From NCBI GenBank assembly GCA_043754515.1, contig JAYUUO010000011.1, positions 1-19,290 on the forward strand: a DNA stretch of 19,290 bases. The letters are read 5' to 3'. Of the stretch, positions 8,026 through 15,534 are shown one piece after another (the stretch's first letter is position 1; each line of letters begins with the position of its first letter). The notes under the pieces were generated by a model. It was given only the letters and a program-made list of their open reading frames with translations, was not told where the DNA came from and did not search any database. The DNA comes from Armatimonadota bacterium (lineage in GTDB: Bacteria; Armatimonadota; Armatimonadia; Armatimonadales; Armatimonadaceae). A program made the position numbers and the translations under genes.

Positions 8026-8157
8026 GCCTTCCTCCTTATCTTACGTGTTTGAGGTTCGGAAGAGGGAGGCTGTTTCGGCGTGTGAGAAATGCGACAAAGG
8101 AGAAACGGTTCGGCGCGGGGAAACGGTAACTGATTCACTCACAAACCTGTACCGACT

Positions 8158-10215
8158 ATGAAACGACTTTTTCTCGCCGCCATAATAGTCGGGGTGCTTT
8201 TCGCGCCCCTACCTCTCGCGTCGCATGCCCAGACTCCCGGCGCGACAGGTCCGCGCTGGGAGACGCGTTCCGCCGACACCGGCGTTCGCTCCGTATCGGG
8301 CGTGGAAACATTCCGCGTCGGTCGTGACACGGCGAGCACTTCCCGCCCCGCCGGGGTCTCCTTCGTGGTTCGCCTCCCGCGCACGAAAGAAACCTTTGTC
8401 TGCGACAAGTTGCCATATATGTTACGCTGGGACACTACGAAAGTGTCCGACGGCTGGCACTGGCTGGAGGTCGTTCTGGTGGATCCGGGCGCGGCGGTGC
8501 CGGAACGGGTGATTGACTCGCTGAAGGTCTACGTGCGCAACGACAGCGCAACACCGCCCCCCGTGATCGCTCCCGCCGCGACGCCGGATGCCGCGCCGGC
8601 AACGTCCGCTCTGACTAAGACCAATACCGCCCAGCCCCGGCCTCCTATCCAGACGCTCCCCTCCCGCCGTGGATGGCCTCTCGCGCATGCGCTTCGGATG
8701 CGCGCGCTCCCCGACGCGTCACCTTCGGAAGCCGTGCCCGCCACCATCGCCGACTCTGCCGCGCCGCTCTCCATGCCCCGCGTCTCCATGCTAACGAAAT
8801 ACGGCAACACGCTGTATCTGGGTTTGCCTGACGGCGGGATCGCGACCTGGAACGAGGCGACAAAGCGCGGGAGTGTTGTCCGGGTGACGGGCATGAACGG
8901 CGCGGTTCGTGCGCTCGCGGTCGGCGGCGAAGGCTTCAGCTGGATAAGCGGCGCGTCGGGTGATCGCGTGTTCACCTTTAACGCGCGTAGCCGGAGCGTG
9001 ACGGCGTTTGACGTGGGCGAGCGACCGACAAGCACGGCGGGAGCGGAGGCGGCGGACGTCTCGACTGCTCCGGTCCAAGCACCCTGGGTCGAGCGGCTGG
9101 CGATGCTCGGCGAACGGCTGGTGCTGATGGGGGCGTTGGCGACGCGCGTCCGGGAGTCGGATGGTACCTTGAAGTCGCTCGCGGACGTGCTACCCGCCGA
9201 CATCGCTTCCACCTACTCCGACACCCTCGTGCGTTGCTACATGGGTTCGGGCGCGAAAAACTCCGACGCGGTGTTGCTGTTCGCGACGCCGGACGCGGGG
9301 GGCGGGGGCGGCTCGCTCCATTTATGGAGTGGGGACGCGCGAACCCCCCTCCGCAAATGGAGCGACGGGGGGCAGTTTATGACCCGCGCCGACCTGACCG
9401 GTAGCGGAAGCCCGTCCCTCGCTCTGACCTCGTTCGGCGTCGTAATACCGGAATGCGCGGAAGGGTACGGGCGGGTAAGCATGTTGCAATGCGCCACCTG
9501 GGCGGACCGCGCCGCATCCTTCGCACCGCGACCCATCCCGCTCGGCGTGTCCGGCGACTACAATGCCCGCGCGCCGCAAAGTGCCGACGCCGTGTCTATC
9601 GGGGGGAGCGGCATCTGGTGGACGCAGGGCGGGATCGTTTTTCATGCCGATTCGTCCGGTGAGCGGCGGGAGTGCTACATGCCGTGGAACGGGGCGGGTA
9701 GCACCGTCACCGCGCTACTCGCCGACAGGGAGGGGGCGTTCGTGGCGACGGAGCACGGCGTCCGGCGTCTCCAACCCGCGCACCCGACGGATGCCGACGG
9801 CTACGGGGGGTATGTCCGGGTGCCGCTCGGCGATGAGTATGCAACGCCGCGCGGGGATCGCGGGCGCACACTCCTCGTGGGAATCGAGGAGTGGCAGGGG
9901 GTTCCTTACAAGTGGGGCGGGACGACCAAAAGCGGGACCGACTGCTCCGGGTTCGTGGGGGCGATGCATCTAGATCTGGGGATCACGCTCCCGCGCACTT
10001 CGGCGGAGATGGGTCGGACGAAGCAGGGGGCGCGGGTGCGTGATGAACTGCGCTACGGTGACACGCTGGTGTACCCCGGACACGTCGCGCTCTACATCGG
10101 CAACGGGCGCACGGCAGAGACGGTCGGGGGGGATAGCGCGGGCGCACCCGGCTCCGTTGGCAAGGCGACGATCTGGCGACGGCGCGACGTGATCGTGAAG
10201 CGGTTCCTGCCGTGA
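8158..10215 (+). CDS. Secreted NlpC/P60 family peptidoglycan endopeptidase (signal peptide, Ig-like domain, Pro/Ala linker, beta-rich middle, C-terminal NlpC/P60)
   Basis: Signal peptide MKRLFLAAIIVGVLFAPLPLASHA; PYMLRWDTTKVSDGWHWLEV (bacterial Ig-like); catalytic GVPYKWGG..GTDCSGFV, LPRTS and GHVALYIG. Confidence 0.88.
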   Translation: MKRLFLAAIIVGVLFAPLPLASHAQTPGATGPRWETRSADTGVRSVSGVETFRVGRDTASTSRPAGVSFVVRLPRTKETFVCDKLPYMLRWDTTKVSDGWHWLEVVLVDPGAAVPERVIDSLKVYVRNDSATPPPVIAPAATPDAAPATSALTKTNTAQPRPPIQTLPSRRGWPLAHALRMRALPDASPSEAVPATIADSAAPLSMPRVSMLTKYGNTLYLGLPDGGIATWNEATKRGSVVRVTGMNGAVRALAVGGEGFSWISGASGDRVFTFNARSRSVTAFDVGERPTSTAGAEAADVSTAPVQAPWVERLAMLGERLVLMGALATRVRESDGTLKSLADVLPADIASTYSDTLVRCYMGSGAKNSDAVLLFATPDAGGGGGSLHLWSGDARTPLRKWSDGGQFMTRADLTGSGSPSLALTSFGVVIPECAEGYGRVSMLQCATWADRAASFAPRPIPLGVSGDYNARAPQSADAVSIGGSGIWWTQGGIVFHADSSGERRECYMPWNGAGSTVTALLADREGAFVATEHGVRRLQPAHPTDADGYGGYVRVPLGDEYATPRGDRGRTLLVGIEEWQGVPYKWGGTTKSGTDCSGFVGAMHLDLGITLPRTSAEMGRTKQGARVRDELRYGDTLVYPGHVALYIGNGRTAETVGGDSAGAPGSVGKATIWRRRDVIVKRFLP

Positions 10216-10269
10216 AGGGTCTGGTATGGCGTTCGATTTTACCTGCCTAAGCGATGACCGAAAACGGGG

Positions 10270-10290
10270 TATACTGTGAAAAATATCACA
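10270..10290 (+). promoter_or_regulatory. -10 box TATACT overlapped by a perfect CRP-type operator
   Basis: TATACT at 10270-10275; TGTGA-AAAATA-TCACA at 10275-10290. Confidence 0.7.
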
Positions 10291-10334
10291 CCGCCATTTT
10301 TTGCGCGCCGTTCGCACACCGAGGAGTCCGCCTG

Positions 10335-12554
10335 ATGAACCGGGACGCCGTTACTACCGTTGAAACAATAGCCGAAAATCTCGTCGCCGACGCCGTACGC
10401 TACAGCGGGCGGATCAGCGCGGAGATCGGGCACATCCTGTTCCTCGACCTCGTCGGCTTCTCCCGGCTGTCCATGGAGGAGCAGGACCGTACATCACGCG
10501 AGCTACGGGCGTTGGTGCGCGGAACGCCGGAGTTCCAGCGTGCCGAGGTTCGTGGCGAGCTGATCGGTTCGGACACCGGCGACGGCATGGCACTGATCTT
10601 CTTTCGTGACCCGCTCGCGCCGGTGCAGTGTGCTACGGAAATCGCCCGCCTCCTCTACTCCCGCCCGCACCTGCGTCTTCGGATGGGGGTACACAGCGGG
10701 CCGGTCACCCGTGTCCCCGACATAAACGGCAATGAAAATGTGTCCGGGGCGGGCATCAACCTCGCGCAACGCGTGATGGACTGCGGCGACGGCGGGCACA
10801 TTCTGCTGTCCGCGATGTCGGCCGACATGGTACGCGCGTTCGAGTCGTACGATAACTGTCTGACTGATATGGGCGAAGTGACGGTGAAGCACGGAGCGAA
10901 GGTTCACCTTTTCAACCTGGTAATGGGTGATGTCGGTAACCGTTCGGTGCCGGAGAAAATTCGCGAGCACAGAGCCAATTCCGCCGCGCCCAGGGTTGCC
11001 GCGACGGGACCGACCCCGAAGTCAACCGCTCTCGGTGAGTCCACCGCCGACGTGAAAGGCGACCGCCCCCCCATCGGAGCCGGTAAAAAGATCTCGCTCG
11101 TTTATAAACGGCGGGGCGCGCCCGCAGACGATCGCCTCGGTAAATTGCTCGAAGCCGAACTGAGGAAGTGCGGCTTCGCGGTTGAGATAGAACGTCAACA
11201 GCAGTTCGGGCCGGCGTGGGCGAGCGAGGTCGAGGCGCAGTTCTCAGCCTCCGACGCCGTGGTGTTTCTGCTGTCCGCCATTTCGTGCGCCAGCGAATTG
11301 TTCGAGTACGAGGTGGAGACCGCCGGGAGCGTCGTCGCCGCGAATAGCGGACTACGGCCGAAATTACTCGCCGTGCGGGTGGGATACGAACTACCCCTCC
11401 CCGACAAGTTTCTCTCCGCGCTGGGGCGGGTAGAGGCACCTGTCTGGCACTCGTCCGATGATGACGAAGCGGCGGTTCAGTACGTGATAGCCGCCTTCAC
11501 GCAAGCCGCTAAATCAAAGGTGGAACACGCGAAACGGGAGAAAGCGGGGGGGGCGGTGCCGCTCGATTCCGAATACTACGTCGTGCGCCCGACTGACAAC
11601 GAGTTCACACAAGCCATCGCGCGACGCGACTCCATCGTGCTGGTCAAAGGAGGCCGCCAGATGGGCAAGACGTCGCTCCTCGCGAGGGGCATCAAGGAAG
11701 CGCGTAACACCGGCGCGAAGGTGGTTATCGCCGACTTCCAGTCGCTCTCCGCGCCGGATCTACGCTCCGCCGACGCGCTGTATCGCGCCCTCACCGAGAA
11801 GATCGCCGAGGACCTGGAACTCGACGTGTTACCCGATGAAGTGTGGAACGAGAAACGCTCCGCGAACATGAACCTGGAGCGGTACCTTCGCAAAGAGGTT
11901 TTGGGCACTATAGGAGAAGAAACCCCGCTCGTCTGGGCACTCGATGAGGTGGACCGGCTGTTCACCTGTGACTTCGGCTCCGAGGTGTTCGGCCTGTTCC
12001 GTTCCTGGCACAACAAACGCTCGCTCGATCCGACCGGGCCCTGGGCACGTCTCACGCTTGCCATTGCCTACGCGACGGAGGCGCACCTTTTCATCACGGA
12101 TATGAATCAGTCGCCCTTCAATGTCGGCACGCGGCTGACGCTGGACGATTTCACGGCGGGACAGGTTTCGGAACTCAACGCGCGGTACGGCTTGCCGCTG
12201 ACCCCTTCCGACGCCGCGCTGTTTCATGATCTGGTTGGCGGACAGCCTTATCTGACCCGGCGCGGGCTGGACGAACTGTCTTCCGACTCGGGGCTGAATT
12301 TCGTCCGGTTCGCGCAGGATGCTGGGCGGGACGAGGGCGTGTACGGCGACCATCTCCGCCGGATGTTTCTGTCACTCTGCCAGGAGCCGGTACTGGTCGA
12401 GGCGGTACGGGCACTATTGCAGGGCACCCCTTGCCCGAGTAGCGAGGTGTTTTACCGGTTGCGGACGGCGGGCCTAGTTCGAGGCGACTCGGTGGCGGAC
12501 GCGAAGATCCGGTGCCGCATCTACCAGGAGTATTTGACGCGTCACCTGTCTTAA
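10335..12554 (+). CDS. Class III nucleotidyl cyclase - TIR - AAA_35 (STAND-like) NTPase fusion protein
   Basis: Cyclase: ILFLDLVGFS, TGDG, LRMGVHSGPV, GINLAQRV. TIR-like: ISLVYKR...SASDAVVFLLSAISCASELFEYEVETA. NTPase: Walker A GGRQMGKT, Walker B LVWALDEVD, QSPFNVG, GGQPYL, C-terminal RCRIYQEYL. SD GAGGAG at 10321-10326 favours ATG 10335 over 10254. Confidence 0.88.
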   Translation: MNRDAVTTVETIAENLVADAVRYSGRISAEIGHILFLDLVGFSRLSMEEQDRTSRELRALVRGTPEFQRAEVRGELIGSDTGDGMALIFFRDPLAPVQCATEIARLLYSRPHLRLRMGVHSGPVTRVPDINGNENVSGAGINLAQRVMDCGDGGHILLSAMSADMVRAFESYDNCLTDMGEVTVKHGAKVHLFNLVMGDVGNRSVPEKIREHRANSAAPRVAATGPTPKSTALGESTADVKGDRPPIGAGKKISLVYKRRGAPADDRLGKLLEAELRKCGFAVEIERQQQFGPAWASEVEAQFSASDAVVFLLSAISCASELFEYEVETAGSVVAANSGLRPKLLAVRVGYELPLPDKFLSALGRVEAPVWHSSDDDEAAVQYVIAAFTQAAKSKVEHAKREKAGGAVPLDSEYYVVRPTDNEFTQAIARRDSIVLVKGGRQMGKTSLLARGIKEARNTGAKVVIADFQSLSAPDLRSADALYRALTEKIAEDLELDVLPDEVWNEKRSANMNLERYLRKEVLGTIGEETPLVWALDEVDRLFTCDFGSEVFGLFRSWHNKRSLDPTGPWARLTLAIAYATEAHLFITDMNQSPFNVGTRLTLDDFTAGQVSELNARYGLPLTPSDAALFHDLVGGQPYLTRRGLDELSSDSGLNFVRFAQDAGRDEGVYGDHLRRMFLSLCQEPVLVEAVRALLQGTPCPSSEVFYRLRTAGLVRGDSVADAKIRCRIYQEYLTRHLS

Positions 12555-12584
12555 CCGCTTGTTCGTGGTAGTATTGAACTTGAA

Positions 12585-13040
12585 ATGGACACTAAAGACC
12601 CGCTCAGTTTGTGGCAACACATACACGGTGCCACCACGCATTTTCCTATCGCGCTCGCCTTCATTTCCGCCACATTCGACGCGGGCGCACTGGTGTTCCG
12701 GAGGCCAAACTGGCGCACGGTCGGATTCTGGACGCTGATCACCGCCCTGGTACTGATTCTCCCGGCAATTGCCTCCGGCTTGTACGGCATCTACCTGGAT
12801 TCGGGCGGCAAGGAGAAGTGGGCGTCCGACGGGTACAACCATGTCCGCGCGATCACCTGGCACCGCAACATGAGTTTCTTCGCCGGGGGGCTACTGTTCG
12901 TCGCCGCGACGTGGCGCGTCATTAAACACGACGATCTGACGATGGTCGCCCGGATCGTCTGCCTACTACTAGCTATCGCCGCAACCGTGTTCGTCGGAGT
13001 GACCGGATATAACGGCGCGTACTTACCTCTGGGTTATTAG
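12585..13040 (+). CDS. DUF2231-like four-TM membrane protein (possibly heme-binding)
   Basis: N-terminal HGATTHFPIAL, four hydrophobic helices, an internal His (WHR) and C-terminal TGYNGAYL. Confidence 0.75.
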   Translation: MDTKDPLSLWQHIHGATTHFPIALAFISATFDAGALVFRRPNWRTVGFWTLITALVLILPAIASGLYGIYLDSGGKEKWASDGYNHVRAITWHRNMSFFAGGLLFVAATWRVIKHDDLTMVARIVCLLLAIAATVFVGVTGYNGAYLPLGY

Positions 13041-13079
13041 CCGACCAGTAGTTTGAAGCCAGGAGCGATGCGGCCGCGC

Positions 13080-14426
13080 TCAGCCGCGCGGAGCGACAAC
13101 GCCCTTGGCCGTCGGCTCTTCCGCGCTCCCGGCCAGCAGGAGGCCGAGTACGACGCTCCAGAGGCTAAAAATTCCTGGCAGTCCGTACGATGGCGAAGCG
13201 AACGCGTCTACCATGGTTCCGGCGAGGAGAGCGATGGCGGTGATCAAATGCGCGCGGTTTTCGGTGGGGTTGTTTCCCAGCAGACGAAAGGCGCTGATCA
13301 TGTAGGTGGCTAGGAGACTGAGATGGAGCACCAATCCGATGAGTCCGGCATCAACGGCCCATTGCACATAGTAGTTGTAAGCGGTGTTCAGGTGGTTCGC
13401 GCCGTAACGTAGCACCTGCGTAGGCGTCCGTCCCATTCCTGTCTGTGTCTGCTCCAGGACGACAAACGACCCCAACCCGATCCCCGTCCACGGACTTCGC
13501 CGCAAAAGAACGACACCCGCCCTCCAGCGTGGAAAGCGTCCCACCATACCAGCGTCCGTCTTGCTCACGATTCGCGCGCCGAGAGTGCCCCCCCCGTTGG
13601 TGAGTGCGAGAAACCCGCCCGTAACGATTACGGCGAGGAGGGCCGGTGCCCCGACGCGTGAAAACCATGCCGCCTTGGTCCGGGGTGCTTCGCGCGGGCC
13701 GACGTGACCCGAACGAAATAGAAGAACGACGGCGACGATCAGGGCCGCCGCGCCGCCGATCCACGCGGAACGGCAACGCGCGGTGAGCAAGGCGAGGAAC
13801 AGTACCAGACAAACAGCGGGCGGCGCGAAGCGTCGAAGCGATCCGCCGATAGTCGCCTCGCTTCGGCTGTAAGTCCATGTCAGTGCTACCGTGCAGGGTA
13901 GTAAAATCAGTAGCAGGGATCCCAGTTCCTCGTGCGTGGCGAACGTGCTGTACTGGAAGCCCGACTCGATACCGCCGCGGCTCCCTAAACGGGAGAAATC
14001 GGCGAAAGATTGTAGACAGCCGAAAATCAGAGGGACGAGTAGGAGGCGTCGCGCGAGACGTGGGTATTCCGCCCGCAAGGTCAGCGCGGAAAGAAAGCCC
14101 AACGCGCCCGAAAAGAGGCGTAGCACTTCGGCACGCGCGAACGCCGGGTACGGGGAAGACGGATAGCGCAGAGCCGCCCAGACGGCGACGGCCAGGAAGG
14201 CGAGCGCGACGGGGAGGAGTACACGTCGGCTCAGTAGCGCAAGCGGGTTCGGTAACGAAACGAATGACGCCGCGAAGCAAACGGTTCCGGCGAATAGCAC
14301 TATTTCACGATGGGGGCGAACCGCGTAGTAGGCCGCTATCAACTGCAACAGGGTGCCGAGCATGAGGAACGCGCCCGAGGCGACCGCCGCGGTCGGCGCG
14401 ACGGGGGGGGGCGTAACGGTCGCCAT
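13080..14426 (-). CDS. O-antigen ligase family (Wzy_C/WaaL-like) membrane protein
   Basis: About 12 TM segments; TARCRSAWIG; R..RW.....SPWTGIGLGSF; HLNTAYNYYVQWAVDAGLIG (variant of the H-N-x-Y-L-Q...E-x-G-L-I-G motif). Confidence 0.85.
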   Translation of the reverse strand: MATVTPPPVAPTAAVASGAFLMLGTLLQLIAAYYAVRPHREIVLFAGTVCFAASFVSLPNPLALLSRRVLLPVALAFLAVAVWAALRYPSSPYPAFARAEVLRLFSGALGFLSALTLRAEYPRLARRLLLVPLIFGCLQSFADFSRLGSRGGIESGFQYSTFATHEELGSLLLILLPCTVALTWTYSRSEATIGGSLRRFAPPAVCLVLFLALLTARCRSAWIGGAAALIVAVVLLFRSGHVGPREAPRTKAAWFSRVGAPALLAVIVTGGFLALTNGGGTLGARIVSKTDAGMVGRFPRWRAGVVLLRRSPWTGIGLGSFVVLEQTQTGMGRTPTQVLRYGANHLNTAYNYYVQWAVDAGLIGLVLHLSLLATYMISAFRLLGNNPTENRAHLITAIALLAGTMVDAFASPSYGLPGIFSLWSVVLGLLLAGSAEEPTAKGVVAPRG

Positions 14427-14427
14427 G

Positions 14428-15081
14428 CTAATCCGCGCTCAGTAGACCCCGCCGAAGCGCGTACCGGATCAGCGCGGTGCGGTTATTCAGAGTCAGTTTA
14501 CGCATGGCATTCGCCCGGTGGATTTCGATGGTGCGTGCGCTAACATAAAGTAGTAGGGCGATGGCGGCGTTAGTCGCCCCTTCTGCGACCATCTGTAAAA
14601 CGGTGCGCTCGCGGGCCGTCAAAGTGTCATACGCATCGTCCGTATGGAGTTCTTTGGTGTCGGATGCTAAACTTGCGAGCGTCATTGACCCGCCCCCCGC
14701 AGAGAGATACCGATCTCCCGCCACTACCGTGTGTATGGCGCGCAGGATTTCGTGCGTCTCTTCGTGCTTAAGCAGATAACCAGCGGCACCCTGACGGAAC
14801 GCCTCGCGGATATAGGACTCGTTGTTGTGCATCGTAAACATGACGCAAGAGGTAGCGAGTAATCCTAACTTGATGCGCCGCACGACCTCCAGGCCACTGA
14901 GTGTGGGCATGATGAAGTCCAGCAACACTACCGTGGGCTGAAGTTGCTCCATCATGTGGAGGGCGATTAGCCCGTCAGACGCCTCGCCGACGACCTCGAA
15001 CGCCGGTTCCGTCTCCAGTACGCAACGTAAGCCATGCCGTACTATCGGGTGGCTATCTGCTAAAAGTAGTCGAACCGCCAT
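14428..15081 (-). CDS. NarL/FixJ family response regulator (REC + LuxR HTH)
   Basis: LLADSHPIVRHGL, phospho-Asp in VLLDFIMP, GAAGYLLK, and LTARERTVLQMVAEG.TNAAIA..L.VS.RTIEIHRAN. SD AGGAG spacing favours ATG 15081. Its stop is 1 nt before the ligase ATG. Confidence 0.93.
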   Translation of the reverse strand: MAVRLLLADSHPIVRHGLRCVLETEPAFEVVGEASDGLIALHMMEQLQPTVVLLDFIMPTLSGLEVVRRIKLGLLATSCVMFTMHNNESYIREAFRQGAAGYLLKHEETHEILRAIHTVVAGDRYLSAGGGSMTLASLASDTKELHTDDAYDTLTARERTVLQMVAEGATNAAIALLLYVSARTIEIHRANAMRKLTLNNRTALIRYALRRGLLSAD

Positions 15082-15236
15082 GTGCATCTCCTAACGCCGT
15101 GAAGTGGCCGCGCCTTGGGCCACGCCAGGATAACCAATCGTAAGGGCTTACAGATAACGTTGCCGACGCCCCACCGGAATGAAAGGGAGAACATCGGCAA
15201 CATAACTGTAAACTCGTCGCTTAGGATTCGCGACGA

Positions 15237-15261
15237 ATTATAGTCTGCAATTTTCATGCCA
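15237..15261 (-). promoter_or_regulatory. Sigma54 (-24/-12) promoter followed closely by a sigma70-like TATAAT
   Basis: Minus strand TGGCATG-AAAA-TTGCA (15261-15246) has the exact GG-N10-GC spacing. TATAAT is at 15242-15237. Confidence 0.65.
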
Positions 15262-15315
15262 CCGGCATGATGCGATCTCAGAGGCCCACTTGGGTTTACC
15301 AGGGTGAACACCGAA

Positions 15316-15534
15316 TTACAGGTCGCCGCCGTCGCCGCCGCCGCCGGACGGGCCGCCGCCACCGTTATCGCCGCCGCCGACGGTGTCGTAATCCGCCATG
15401 ACGACGCCGTTGCCTCTGCCGGTCGGGGCGAGCGCGAGCACTATGCAGGCTACAGTCATCGCTATCAGGACGCGCAGGATAACCTGTCGGACGTCGCCGG
15501 TCGGCTTGGTGGCACCCGATTTCGGGATTGTCAT
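15316..15534 (-). CDS. Small 72-aa exported or membrane peptide with a Gly/Asp-rich tail
   Basis: ATGA overlap with the stop of the 908-aa gene (ATG 15534-15532). Sequence MTIPKSGATKPTGDVRQVILRVLIAMTVACIVLALAPTGRGNGVVMADYDTVGGGDNGGGGPSGGGGDGGDL. Confidence 0.6.
   Translation of the reverse strand: MTIPKSGATKPTGDVRQVILRVLIAMTVACIVLALAPTGRGNGVVMADYDTVGGGDNGGGGPSGGGGDGGDL

Noticed and set aside
7592..8161. 189-aa plus-strand ORF ending at the NlpC/P60 start
   Set aside because: Overlaps the 436-aa gene antisense, has no recognisable features, and the minus strand has the better SD-supported reading.
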